A stretch of 64,000 bases of DNA from Geosiphon pyriformis uo1 (GCA_016748015.1 JAAOMT010000503.1:273669-337668); one strand, 5' to 3'; counted from the first letter of the stretch, positions 1 to 13,697 are shown. Numbers and translations: made by a program. The notes: generated from the letters alone by a model not told the origin.

Positions 1-597
1 GCTCAAATTTCGGCAAACTNNNNNNNNNNNNNNNNNNNNNNNNNNNNNNNNNNNNNNNNNNNNNNNNNNNNNNNNNNNNNNNNNNNNNNNNNNNNNNNNN
101 NNNNNNNNNNNNNNNNNNNNNNNNNNNNNNNNNNNNNNNNNNNNNNNNNNNNNNNNNNNNNNNNNNNNNNNNNNNNNNNNNNNNNNNNNNNNNNNNNNNN
201 NNNNNNNNNNNNNNNNNNNNNNNNNNNNNNNNNNNNNNNNNNNNNNNNNNNNNNNNNNNNNNNNNNNNNNNNNNNNNNNNNNNNNNNNNNNNNNNNNNNN
301 NNNNNNNNNNNNNNNNNNNNNNNNNNNNNNNNNNNNNNNNNNNNNNNNNNNNNNNNNNNNNNNNNNNNNNNNNNNNNNNNNNNNNNNNNNNNNNNNNNNN
401 NNNNNNNNNNNNNNNNNNNNNNNNNNNNNNNNNNNNNNNNNNNNNNNNNNNNNNNNNNNNNNNNNNNNNNNNNNNNNNNNNNNNNNNNNNNNNNNNNNNN
501 NNNNNNNNNNNNNNNNNNNNNNNNNNNNNNNNNNNNNNNNNNNNNNNNNNNNNNNNNNNNNNNNNNNNNNNNNNNNNNNNNNNNNNNNNNNNNNNNN

Positions 598-654
598 TTT
601 CAAGGCTAACATTAATTTTTGGGATATTTGTTGAATATTTCGGGGAATAATCAT
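598..654 (-). pseudogene. Start of accessory ORF3 of copy A (remainder in N-gap)
   Basis: MIIPRNIQQISQKLMLALK, collinear with 15221-15277 of copy B. Confidence 0.65.
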
Positions 655-796
655 GATAAAATTGACTAATTATGAAAAGAGAGAATAAAGAAAATTATTT
701 TTGGATATGGGGTTTTTATTTGTTTTTGGGTTTGGGTGTTTTGTAATTATTTACTATTTTTGTTTTTGTGTTTTTATTAGAAAATTATTGTAAAAT

Positions 797-2182
797 TTAA
801 GTGTTCAAGTTTGGTTGTTGTTCTATTATAATTATTGGTTCTAAATTTCGGGGAATATCTTCAGGATTAATTAAAGGAGAATGTGTACCAATTTGTGGAA
901 TTAATGGTTCAGGATTGTTTCTGAAATGATAGTGTTTCAATTTGTCTCCATGTGCAACTTTTGCTAATATTTTGTCATCAAGTCTTAACTTATATGATCC
1001 ATTGCCTAGAATTTCGTAAATATAAAATGGTCCATTCTATTTGTTTTCAAATTTCCCACTCCATTGTTTTTTAGCCTTAGTTCTGTGTAAGAGAACTTTA
1101 TTTCCAACTTTAAATTCGTTGGTAATAGGTGGTAATTTGTTGTCATGTCTTTCTTTTTGTTGAGCTTGGGAATGTTCAATATGAGTTGCTGCTATTCTTC
1201 TTTTTCCTTCCAGTGTACTAAGAAGAGTATAGGCTCTTCTTTGGAGTGTCTTTTGAAAGTTTTCTTCATTGATTGGTTGCACTGAGTATGTTTCCACTGT
1301 AAAATTAATTGGTAATGTTGCTGTCCTTCCATAAGTAAGATCAAATGGTGTGTGTTTCATAGTATCTTGTTTTAGTGTCCTGTATGCTAGTAACACTGAT
1401 GGAATAAAGATATTCCATTCCTGCTCAAAGTCTGTTGAGACTTTGGCTAAAGATTCACACAATGTTCTATTGAAACATTCTACAAGTCCATTTGTTTAAG
1501 AGTGATAAGATGATGATAAAGATCTTTTGACATTGAACCGTTCACAAATTTTTTGTATCAAGTTGTTCACAAAATGTGTTCCTTGATCAGATAAGAGTTC
1601 AATTGGGCATCCATGTCTACAGATAATGTTTTCATAGATGAAATTTGCTACTGATTTTGCATCTGCTCTTTGGATGGCTCTAGCTTCAGGCCATTTGGTA
1701 AGATAATCCATTGCAACTGCAATATAATGATTTCCTTGGGTTGTGATAGGTAATGGTCCGACTAAATCAATTCCAACTCTGTCAAAAGGTTGTCCAACTT
1801 TGATTGGATTTAGAGGTTCTGTGGGGTGAGTTCCTCTTCTTCTTTAACAATTATCACAAAATTCTACATATTATTGAATGTCTTTTTGCATGTGAGGCCA
1901 AAAATAATGTTCAAGAGTTCTTTGAATTGTTCCCTCTTTTTCCAAGTGTACTGAAGACGGATCTGTGTGCATGTTGTATAAAATTGTTTTTTTTTTATTC
2001 TCTTGTACTAATCTGAGTGGCTGGTTTGGTTTTCTGTGATTTTTATAATAGATTTTGTTCTGGTGTATGAAATATTGTTTTGATTGGTGTTGTAAGCGGT
2101 GTTTTTCACTTGGAGACCAGTTTTCTGGCATGATAAGAGTCTCCAAATAATTTTTAAGATTGCTGTAGTTTCTGGGATCCAT
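797..2182 (-). pseudogene. Integrase ORF of copy A (HHCC, DDE core, GPF motif, no chromodomain)
   Basis: MDPRNYSNLKNYL start; DYLTKWPEA, ELLSDQGTHF, LAYRT, GPF; ends LEPIIIIEQQPNLNT*. Confidence 0.88.
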
Positions 2183-2239
2183 TCTTGTTTGGTTATTTTG
2201 TTGGTAAGTTGGTAAGTTGTGGTGGAATTGTTGTTGGTA

Positions 2240-5200
2240 TTAATCTTGTCTCATTTTTGAGAGGCTATCAACATTGGTATGTAGTTTTCCTGGTTTGTGG
2301 TGTAGAATATATCTGTAGTCTGCTAAGAAGTTATTTCATCAAGACTGTTTGGCATTTTGTTTAGTTTTCTTTTTATTGAGCCATTTGAGGCCAATGTTGT
2401 CCGTTATTATGTCAAATTTTTTTCCATTCTTCAGATATTGTTGAAAATATTTAAGAGCCCAAATAACTGCAGCAGCTTCTAATTCAGTTGAGCCATATTT
2501 GAGTTCTGTTGGCTTGAGTGTTCTGCTGGCATAGGCAATAACTTGTTCTTGACCATTTTTATTCAATTGTAATAAGATGGCACCAAATGCTATGTGTGAG
2601 GCATCAGTGGCTAATTGGAATCATTTGTTGAAGTCTGGGTAAGCAAGAACTGGGGCTGTTGTCAATTTTGTTTTGAGAATTTCAAAAGCTTTTTGTTGTT
2701 TTTCAGTCCATTTGTATGGTACGTTTTTGTTGGTAAGATAATTGAGTGATTTGGCAATTTCTGAGAATTTTTTTATGAATTTTTGATAATAAAAGACTAA
2801 TTCCACAAATCCTCTTAGTTCTGTAGTATTTCTGGGGGTTTGAAAGTTTTTGATAGCACTGATTGTTCCTGGATTTGGTTTGATTCCATCTTTACTAACT
2901 ATGTGTCCAAGAAAGATCAAGCTTGTTTTTCCAAAGTGACATTTCTCAATATTTAACTTTAATCCTGCTTTCCGTAATCATTGAAAAACTTCTTGCAGGT
3001 GAATGAAATGGGCTTCAAAGCTTGGTGAGTATACATCAGTATCATCAAGATAAACAACTACTGATTGCCACAAGAGCCCTTCATAGACAACATCCATGAG
3101 TCGCTGAAATGTTGCTGGTGCATTGCAGAGTCCAAAAGGCATAACATTAAACTCATAATTTCCTCCTTGAGTGGTAAATGCTGTTTTGGATCTATCTTTT
3201 GGGTCTATTTCGAGTTGCCAGTATCCACTTTCCAGGTCTAAAGTTGAAAAGAACTTGGCTTTTCCTAGAGCATCTAGCATGTTATCAATTCTTGGAAGAG
3301 AGTAGGCATCTCTAATTGTAACACTATTCAGTTGTCTATAATCAACACAGAATCTGATTTTTCCGTTTTTCTTTTTAACTAAAACTACTGGTGAGGCCCA
3401 AGGACTTCTTGATGGTTGAATCAATCCGTTATTGAGCATTCTTTGGACCTCTTTTCTGATGAATTGGTGGCTGGCAGGTGGCACTCAATAAGCTTGTTGA
3501 TGTTTTGGTAGAGCATCTCCTGTATGGATCTGATGTTGAACAATGTCTGTTTTTCTCAAGTCATTGTTGTCTTTTGCAAATATATTTGCAAATTCAGCTA
3601 TCAATTGTTTCAATTGTCTTTGTTGTTGAGGTTCTAAGAGACCCATATTGATTCGAGAGAGTTTTTCTTCCAACAAGTGGTAGTTTTCAGTAGTGGGAAT
3701 AATATTTGGATTTGGGAGTAGAGTGTGCTTTACAATTTCGATAAAATTAGAGACAATTTGAGAGTTTTTATCTTGAAAGATATTGTTGTGTATGATTCCA
3801 ATTTCTAATTTGTTTAATAAAACAATAGGGTAATTATTGGGGTTGTAGAATATAACTCGAAATTTTTTCATTCCTTTGGGAATATAAACGTTTGGAATTG
3901 ATATTTCATGCTTCAAATAGATTTGTTCATTGGATTTAAAGATTTGTTGTGTAGTGGTGGGTTTTGAGTAAGTGTAAATTTCATGATGTTCTCCAAAAGA
4001 TAAAATGGTAATTGGCTGAGGAAGTTGAAAAATCTGGTGAGATTTATTTTGTGTATTAAGAACTATGTTTACTGGGACTGTAAATCGTCCAGTTGAACCA
4101 AAACCTTGAGTTCTTCTTTCACTTTTTCCCAATTGTTCTCTGTTGTTTACTGATTGTAAACCCGAAATGTTGATTAAGGGTAAGTAAATTGCTTGAGCAA
4201 TTTTTTCAGCATGTTCAATTTTGAATGGTTTGTCTGTCTCATTTNNNNNNNNNNNNNNNNNNNNNNNNNNNNNNNNNNNNNNNNNNNNNNNNNNNNNNNN
4301 NNNNNNNNNNNNNNNNNNNNNNNNNNNNNNNNNNNNNNNNNNNNNNNNNNNNNNNNNNNNNNNNNNNNNNNNNNNNNNNNNNNNNNNNNNNNNNNNNNNN
4401 NNNNNNNNNNNNNNNNNNNNNNNNNNNNNNNNNNNNNNNNNNNNNNNNNNNNNNNNNNNNNNNNNNNNNNNNNNNNNNNNNNNNNNNNNNNNNNNNNNNN
4501 NNNNNNNNNNNNNNNNNNNNNNNNNNNNNNNNNNNNNNNNNNNNNNNNNNNNNNNNNNNNNNNNNNNNNNNNNNNNNNNNNNNNNNNNNNNNNNNNNNNN
4601 NNNNNNNNNNNNNNNNNNNNNNNNNNNNNNNNNNNNGTTCTTCTACTAGTTCAGATACTCCAAATTCGATTTCATTTTCATCATTCTCATCTGGCAGAGG
4701 AATGCTAAGAGCATAACATTCTAAACACCATTGGTCATCACAAGGCATAACACATTCTTCACACAATTGAATGTTTATTTGCTCTAATCATTGAATTTGA
4801 GCTTCTTTGGTCGGATATATGTGGCTTGCAATTTGGTGGTAGGTTTCTATTTCATCTTCATAATCAAATCCAGCTAATTCCATGGTATACTTAATATATT
4901 CAGCTTCTTTCATTTGGCGGACATCTTCTTGGGTGGCTCCATTGATCAATGCCATTGCTAAGTCAAAAATCATTTCAGCATCATGAAAGTAGTGGTAAAG
5001 TTTATTGAGAGCACTGTTGTATACTGTATCAAATGGTGTTCCTCTTCTGACTTTTTCCGAAATTGATAGAGCATATTGACAGGTTTGATCACATACTCCT
5101 CCTCTCATTGCTACATCAATTCAATTGCATTCTTCTGGTAGCATTTCTCCACATATAAGACAAGATGTGTTGTCCCATTTTTCACTTCTTTTTGGAGATC

Positions 5201-7937
5201 CAAATCGTTCTCTATGGCATGCTTTGCAAAAGTAACAGGTATGAGTTTCATATTCCTCTTCTTGAGAAATACATGCTCTCATTAATGAAAGTTTTTTGTT
5301 GTAATCTTTGCATTTGAGTAGAATATAGGGTGGTTGTTTCCGTGGTTCTGGTGTAGAATATCTAACTTTCTTCTATCCCCTTGATTCTTCAAAAATCTCT
5401 TGTTCAGTTTCTTTAGTCCAATTGGATGTTGATCCAAGAGCCATGTAGGTTTCAGTAAGTGGCATTTTTTTCTCCTCTTCAAATTCAAATACTAGAGCTT
5501 TTTCTGATCGTTTGTTAAAGGTACCACAGGTTGCAGGTACTATGGTATATTGTTCTTAGTATAAGATTTTAAGTTCTTGAGTTTTCCAGTTCAGGTTTGC
5601 ATTGGCCTTGAGAAGCCAATTATTTCCAACTAGAGCTTGATATTGGGATGCATCCATAACAAGAACTTTAACTGGAATGGTGATTCCATCAATTGAAAAA
5701 GGGAAATCATCAATTTCTCCTACTGGAGTCTTCTTCATACCATCAGCTGTGACAATAACTGTTTGAGCTGGTCTGTCTACATTTCATTTGAGTTGTTGTA
5801 TCAGCTGGTAAGTGATGATACTTCCAGCTGATCCACTATCTAAGATTAAGTAAATGGGTTTTCCTTCCACTGTAGCTTCTGTGTACATGGCAGTAATTGT
5901 TTTCTGTTTATTGACTGCTGCATTACTAAGCAGAAATGGTGATTCATTTGCTTCAAATTCAAATAGAAATATATCTAACAGATTAGCATTTTGGGCAATT
6001 TGAGCTGGTGGAATGGTGTGGTTGGAAGGGTTTGATCTTAGCACTGCAACTTCATCTTCAAAAAGTGCAGTTTGTTAAAAATCCGATTCCTCTGGTATTG
6101 TAAGATAACTGAATTGAGTGTGATAGTGATTGGGTCTTTGCTGACCCAAATTTCGGGGAACCAACTGGTTATTTAAATTGATTCTGTTGTGGTTATTCTG
6201 CAATTGATTTTGGGGTGTGAATTGGTTATGTTGAATCAATCTTCTTGCTGGTACTTAATATTGTTGAATGGGTGGTGTCTGATATGGCTGAATTGGTAAA
6301 GGTTGCTGATATTGTTACTGCATTGATTGTGGAATTGGTGAATAGTAGTTTTGATTTTGTGGTCTTGGTGAATAATAGGTTGGTGGTGGAAATTGGTAAT
6401 AAGATTGTTGTAGTGAAGAGTAACATTGATTACTCCTGTTTTGTTGGTCTCTTTGCAATTTCCTACAATCTCGTTTCCAGTGTCCTGGAATTCCACAATA
6501 ATAACAATTTTGAAATTGGTTGTTGGATGGTAATCCAAAATTGTTTTGGTTGCATTGTTGTGGTGGTTGATATCTTTGTGGTTGTTGCTGCTGTTGTTGT
6601 TGGTTTGTAAAATAGCTTTCAACTTTCTTTGTGAGTTGGTCTATCTTTTCTTCAACTGCTGAGCTGGTTTTTCTAATTGCAAGGTTTACAAGCTTGGTGT
6701 GATTTGCTTCTTCCATTGCTATTTCATAGCTTTTTGCATGTCTAATAGCAGTTGCTAAGTCTGCTAGAGCATGTGGACAGACTTTTTTAATCAGTTTGTC
6801 TTTTAATCCTGCTATAAACTGATCCAAAATTTGAGCATCAGAATAGTAGTTATTGGTTTTTAATTGTTGGATTCGTCTGAGAAGTTTGTTAAATCTTTCA
6901 AGATAGGTCATAACAAATTCAGATGTTTCTTGTTTGATATTGTAAAAGCAGTTTCTGAGAGTAATAGAGGTATTGTTGTCAGTGAATTGTTGTAGAAAAG
7001 CATTTTTGAATGCTTGCCAGTTTTCAAATGGTTCTTCTAAATTTTCAAACCATTTTTCTGCTGTTCCTTGGAGAAAGTAGGGAATTGCTTTGAGCATTCT
7101 CACTGCAATCCAACCATTTGCATCTCCTGCTTTTTGAACCTTGTCAAGCCATTCTTGAGGACTGGTATCATTGTCTTTACCAGTGAATTCTGGGATTTTT
7201 GCAATATAAGCAGTTGCCATTTTTTCTTCGTTTTCTGTAATTTCTTCTGGTTCTGATTCAGTTTCTTTACTTTCCAAGCTTTCTGAGTGATTACTTTCGT
7301 TTTCCTGTAAGTAATCAATGATATTGGCACTTGTTGATATTGGTTTCTGCTGTTGAGTAGGATTTCTAGGTGACTGAAAATCTTCTAGTCTGGAGAAACG
7401 GCTAAGTGGTAAACTTGGTGTTTGTGGTTGAACAAGTGAAATTGGAAATGGTGTAATAGAAAGTGGTAATTTGACACTGGTTCCTTGTTCAGGTGTTTGC
7501 AAATATTTGGCAGTTGTTTTTTGTAGTGTTGGAGTGTTTGGAGTGGTTCTTGAGTATTGCTTCAATCTTTGTTTGCCTTTGTTGCTTGTTTCTGTCTCTG
7601 ATTCAAAGTCAAAAGAGTATTTAAACTGTACTGGGTATTTTTCTTCACAATACTCAATAATGTTAAAATTAAGTTTTTAGAAGTAGGTAGCAAGTGTTTC
7701 ACTGTTCAGGTTTTCTGTTCCCAATTGTGAATAGTGCACTAAATTATTGTAGAGGTTGCTTCTAACTTCTGAAATGTTGTAGTTTCCAAAAAAATAATTG
7801 TTGATGCAGTTTTCAATGTATTGATATACTGATTTCTTTACAACTTTAATTCCGTCTGGAATGTTGAATCTTTGCTTGCAGTGGGTGTAAATTGACTGGT
7901 AATACTCTAGAGTTGCTGTGTCTGGTGTGGTTGCCAC
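2240..7937 (-). pseudogene. gag-pol (Gag, PR, Cys-rich domain, dUTPase, RT, RNase H) of copy A, interrupted by stops and an N-gap
   Basis: Collinear ORF fragments from 6315-7565 (Gag) to 2339-2566 (RNase H); ends ...DSLSKMRQD-TAA at 2240-2242. Confidence 0.9.
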
Positions 7938-7964
7938 TTTGAATTTGTTGTTGCTGTGTTATTT

Positions 7965-7980
7965 CCATGAGAGAGCACCA
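7965..7980 (-). promoter_or_regulatory. Primer binding site of copy A (TGGTGCTCTCTCATGG)
   Basis: Starts with TGG 2 nt after the LTR end, complementary to a tRNA ...GAGCACCA 3' end. Confidence 0.8.
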
Positions 7981-7982
7981 AA

Positions 7983-8956
7983 TGTTACCAGAGGTTTTTG
8001 GTCTCTTTTCTTAAATGTTGGTAATGTTGTTTTGCTGTGAATTCATGTTCTCAGGAAGTAGTTGAACCTCCAATAACTGAATTTATCTTCAAATTATCTT
8101 CTATAATTTGAACTTGCTGGGCTTATAAGTGGAATGGCCAATTTCTTGCCAGTTACTTTATGTAGTTACATTGTAGTAAATGTCAACTCTTTCCCAGAAA
8201 TTGCTTGTCTGAAAGCTCACTAAAATGTATAGTTACTTTTCTGTGAAAGTCAACTTTTCTACAGGAATCTTGTCTGTAGGCTACCCTAATGATTGTAATA
8301 AGAAAAGAAAAGAAAAATAAAAGAAATGTAAAAGAAATAAAATTTTTGTCAAGAAAAATGTTTTCTATTCAGGCCTGAAGTCACTAACAGTTTACTGAAA
8401 TTGGTAGCTAATCAATTTCAAAATGTTAGTTGGGTTTTGAAGATTTTCCAAGTGCAATAATTTAAAGAATTTGGTTTTTTGAATTATTTGATATTTATTT
8501 CTTTTTGTGTGTGTAGGAATGGTTCTAAGTGATAAATCTAAAGTAAGATATATTTTCCAGAAGAGAAAAGCTCTTCTTTTATACAACTTGTTGTAGTACT
8601 AGTCTATGAACTTGCACTTTTTCTTTTTGCTCAAATTTCGGTAAACTAAAGATATATTTTGATGAACTATAAGTTATTTCGCTGAACTATTGATTAATTT
8701 GGGTGAACTATTCATAATTTCGGCGAATTTCTGTAAATTTTAGCGAATTTTTGAATGTTACAAAGTTCAGAGTATTGTGTAATTTGATCATCCTACTTTC
8801 TGTTTATACTAATTAGATTATTTTAATTGAATCGTGATATGTAATAATTGATTAAATAATAAATGATAATTTGAAATAATATTAATATACTAATGAATTA
8901 TAAGAATTATAAGGATAATTTCATGCTAATTAATAGCTAAAATTCTACTGGTAACA
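7983..8956 (-). repeat. 5' LTR of copy A (~974 bp, TGTTACCAG...CTGGTAACA)
   Basis: Reverse complement aligns with 15909-16879; short terminal inverted repeats; followed by TT and a PBS. Confidence 0.93.
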
Positions 8957-11385
8957 CTGGCAAGCATTCAAAAATGCTTTTCTATAACAATTCACTGACA
9001 ACAACATCTTTATTACTCTCTGGAACTGCTTTCGCAATATTAAATAAAAAACATCTAAGACTGTTATAATTTATCTTGGGAGATTCAACAAACTTCTTCA
9101 ACAAATTTGGTAATTGGAAACCAATGAATATTATTCTGATGTCCAGATTTTGGATCAGTTTATAGCAGAATTAAAAGACAAATTAATTAAAAAAGTCCAT
9201 TTACATGCACCAGCAGACTTAGCAACTGCCATTAGACATGCAAAAAACTATAAAATGGCTATGGAAAAAGCAAACCACACCAAACTTGTCAACCTAGCTA
9301 TTGGAAAAACCAGTTCAACAGCTGAAGAGAAAATAAACCAATTCACAAAAAAGGTTGAAAACTATTTCACCAATCAACAATAACAGCAGCAGCAACCACA
9401 AAGATATCAACCACCACAACAATACAACCAAAACAATTTTAGACCACCATCCAACAACCAACCTCAAAATTGTCATTATTGTGGAATTTCAGGACACTAA
9501 AAACGAGATTGCAAAAATTGCAAAGAGACCAACAAAACAGGAGTAATCAATGTTATTCTTCACCACAACAATCTTATTACCAATTTCCATTACCAACTTA
9601 TTATTCACCAAGACCACAAAATTAAAACAGTTACTATCAACTAGCTCCACAATTAATGCAGCAACAATATCAGGAACTGTTACCAATTCAGCAATATCAG
9701 ATACCACCCACTTAACAATATTAAGTACCAGCCAGAAAATTGGTTCAACATAACCCATTCACACTCCAAAATCAATTTCAGAATAACAACAACAGAATCA
9801 ATCCAAATAACCAGTTGGTTCCCCGAAATTCTGGTTAGCAAAGACCCAATTACTATTACACTCAACCTAGTTATCTTACAATGTCTAAAGAATCGGATTT
9901 TCAGCAAACTGCACTTTCTAAAGGTGAAGTTGCAGCACCAAAGTCAAATCCTTCCAATAATACCATTCCACCAGCTCAAATTGCCCAAAATGTCAATCTC
10001 TCAGATATATTTCCATTCGAATTTGAAGTAAATGAATCACTATTTTTGCTTAGTAATACAGCAGCTAATAAACAAAAAGCTATTACTGTCATGTACACTA
10101 AAGCTACAGTTAAAGAAAAACCCATTTGATTAATTCTAGACAGTGAATCAGCTGGAAGTATTATTACCTACCAATTAATGCAACAGCTTTAAAAAACTGT
10201 TGACAAACCAGCCCAAACTGTAATTGTTATAGCAGATGATATAAAAAAAACACCAGTAAGAGAAATTGACAATTTTTCATTCACCATTGATGGAATCACC
10301 ATTCCAGTTAAAGTTCTAGTCATAGATACACTCCAATACCAAGCTCTGGTTAGAAATAATTGGCTTCTTAAGGCCAATGCAAATTTAGATTGAGAAACTC
10401 AGAAACTAAAAATTTCATACCAAGGACAATACACCATAGTATCTGCTACTTGTGGAACTTTCAACAAATGATCAGAAAAAGCCCCAGTATTTGAATTTGA
10501 AGAGGAAAAAGAAATGCCACTTACTAAAACCTACATGGCTCTTAGATCAACATCCAATTGGGCTGAGGAAACAGAACAAGAGATTTTTAAAGAATCAAGA
10601 GGATGGAAGAAAGTCAGATATTCTATACCAGAACCACAGAAACAACCACTCTACATTCTACTTAAATGCAAAGATTGCAACAAGAAACTTTCATCAATGG
10701 GAGCATGTATTTCTCCAGAAGAGAAATATGAAACTGCTACTTTTGCAAAACATGCCATAGAAAACGATTTGGATTTCCAAAAAAAAGTGGAAAATAGGAC
10801 AACACACTTTGCCTTACATGTAGAGATATGCTACCAGAAGAATACAACTGGATTGATGTTGCAATAAGAGAAGAAGTATGTGATTAAACCTGTCAATATG
10901 CTCTATCAATCTCAGAAAAAGTCAGAAGAGGAACACTATTTGATGCAGCATACAACAGTGCTCTCAATAAACTCTACCACTATTCTCATGATACTAAAAT
11001 GATTTTTGACTTAGCAATAGCATTAATCAATAAAGCCACACAAGAAGATGTCTGCCAAATAAAAAAAGCTGAATAAATTGAGTATACCATGGAATTAGCT
11101 GGATTTGAGTATGAAGATAAAGTAGAAACCTACTACCAAATCACAAGTCACACTTATTCAACCCAAAAAGCTCAAATTCAATGATTAGAGCAAATAAACA
11201 TTCAATTGTGTGAAGAATACATCATGCCTTGTGATGACAAATAGTGTCCAGAATGCTATGCTTTTAGCATTTCTCTGCCCAGTGAAAATGACCAGGAAGA
11301 AATTGAATTTGGAGAACCTGAAACAAAGAAAGAAATTACAACAACACCAATCTATCTTACTGAAAACCAGCCTGCTATACAACTC

Positions 11386-11811
11386 AAATACTTTGACAAC
11401 AATGGGCAGGGAATAAAACCAGAAAAAGCCCATGAAATTGATGCAGGATATGACCTCAGATATTTTGGCAAAAATACTTTGGTTCTTCAACCAAAATCTT
11501 TAACCAAAACTAACTTCAGAATTGTTCTTAAAATACTACCAGAAGCAATGATTCAAATTGCATCCAGATCATCATTGGCAAGCAAAGGAATCAACATTAG
11601 AGGAGGAGTCATAAATGCAGAATACACTGGAGACATTACTATCATGTTACAGAATGAGACAGACAAATCATTCAGAATTGAACATGCTAAGAAAATTGCC
11701 CAAGCAATTTACTTATCCTTAATTAACATTTCGGGTCTACAATCAGTTAACAACAGAGAACAATTGGGAAAAAGTGAAAGAGGAATGCAAGGTTTTGGTT
11801 CAACTGGATGA
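11386..11811 (+). pseudogene. Trimeric dUTPase domain in pol of copy B
   Basis: Motifs AHEIDAGYDL, IASRSSLASKG, GGVINAEYTG, KIAQAI, ERGMQGFGSTG. Confidence 0.92.
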
Positions 11812-12299
11812 TTTACAGTACCAGTAAACATAGCTCTTAATACACAGAATGAATCTTACCAGATTCTTCAACTTTCTCAACCAATTACCATTTTACCTTT
11901 TGGAGAACATCATGAAATTTACACTTGCTCAAAACCCACCACTACCCAACAAATCTTTGAATCCAATGAACAAATCTGTTTAAAGCATAAAATCTCAATT
12001 CCAAATGTCTATATTCCCAAAGTAATAAAAAAATTTTGAGTTATATTCTACAATCCTAATAATTACTCTATTGTCTTATTGAACAAATTAGAGATTGGAA
12101 TCATATACAGTAACATTTTTCAAAATAAAAACTCTCAAATTGTCTCTAATTTTATCGAAATTATAAAACATACACTACTCCTAAATCCAAACATCATTTC
12201 TACCACTGAAAACTACCACCTTTTAAAAGAAAAACCCTCTCAAATCAACATGAATCCCTTGGAATCTCAACAACAAAGACAATTGAAACAATTGATAGC

Positions 12300-13650
12300 T
12301 GAATTTGCAGATATATTTGCAAAAGACAACAATAACCTTGGAAAAACGAATATTGTTCAACACCAGATTCACACAAGAGATGCTTTACCAAAATAACAAC
12401 AAGCCTATCGAGTTTCACCTACTAGCCACCAATTTATCAGGAAGGAGGTCCAAAGAATGCTCAATAACGGATTGATTCAATCATCAAAAAGTCCATGGGC
12501 CTCACCAGTAGTCCTTGTCAAAAAGAAAAATAGAAAAATCAGATTTTGTGTTGACTATTGCCAATTAAACAGTGTAACAATTGGAGATATCTACCCTTTT
12601 TCAAGAATTGATGACATGCTAGATGCTCTAGGAAAAGCCAAGTTCTTCTCAACTTTGGAAAGTGGATACTGACAAGTCGAAATGGACCCAAAAAATAGAC
12701 CCAAAACAGCATTCACCACTTAAGGAGGAAATTATGAGTTCAATATTATGCCTTTTGGACTCTGCAATACATCAGCAACATTCTAGCAACTCATAAATGT
12801 TGTATATAAAGGGCTCTTGTGGCAATCAGTAGTTGTTTATCTTGATAATACTGATGTATACTCATCAAGCTTTGAAGCCCATTTTATTTACTTGCAAGAA
12901 GTTTTTCAACAATTATGGAAAGCAGAATTGAAATTGAACATTAAGAAATGTCACTTTGAAAAAACAAGCTTAATCTTTCTTGAACACATAGTTAGCAAAG
13001 ATGGAGTCAAACCAAATCCTGGAACAATCAGTGTTGTCAAAAACTTTCAAACCCCCAAAAATACCACAGAACTACAAGGATTTATAGAATTAGCCTCCTA
13101 CTATCGAAAATTCATCAAAGAATTCGCAGAAATTGCCAAACCACTCAATTATTTTACCAACAAAAATATGTCATACAAATAGATGGAAGAACAACAAAAA
13201 GCTTTTGAAACCCTCAAAACAAGATTAACAACAGCCTCAGTTCTTGCTTACCCAGATTTTAACAAATAGTTTCAACTAGCCACTGATGTTTTACACATAG
13301 CTTTTGGTACCATCCTGTCACAATTGGATTCAAATAACCAGAAATAAGTCATTGCTTATGCTAGTAGAACACTCAAACCAACAGAACTTAAATATGGCTC
13401 AACTGAATTAGAAGCAGCTGCAGTTATTTGGGCTCTTAAACACTTCCAATAATACCTAAAGAATGGAAAAGAATTTGACATCATAACTGACAATATTGGT
13501 TTCAAATGGCTTAATAAAAAGAAAACTAAACAAAGTGCCAAACAGTCTCAATAGAATAACTTCTTAGCAGACTACAAATATATTGTACACCACAAACCAG
13601 GAAAACTACACACCAATGTTGATAGCCTCTCAAGAATGAGACAAAATTAA
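12300..13650 (+). pseudogene. RT-RNase H of copy B
   Basis: SPWASPVVLVKKK, RFCVDY, YLDN (from YLDD), IAYASRTL, ELEAAAV; ends DSLSRMRQN-TAA. Confidence 0.9.
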
Positions 13651-13697
13651 TACTACTAACAATTCCACTATAACTTATTACTACCAACAAAACAACA

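Larger units (their letters stand above)
1..8956 (-). mobile_element. Ty3/gypsy LTR retrotransposon copy A (family A/B), degenerate; 3' LTR mostly in N-gap or outside the window
   Basis: Gag with CCHC (CYYCGIPGHWKRDC), protease (LILDSGSAG), dUTPase tail (GFGSTG), RT (SPWASPVVLV, YLDD), RNase H and integrase, all on the minus strand. 5' LTR at 7983-8956. Bases 1-19 match LTR sequence at ~8629. Right flank CTGG continues gag of copy B. Confidence 0.95.

Noticed and set aside
4193-4766. ORFs running through N-gaps (also 23680-24592 and 26544-26869)
   Set aside because: Artefacts of translating Ns; 23680-24582 fuses LTR sequence to RNase H across a gap
6245-6610. Val/Ile-rich antisense ORFs over Gag linkers (also 9489-9758 and 38531-39115)
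   Set aside because: Mirror of CAA/AAC-rich Gln/Asn codons on the coding strand
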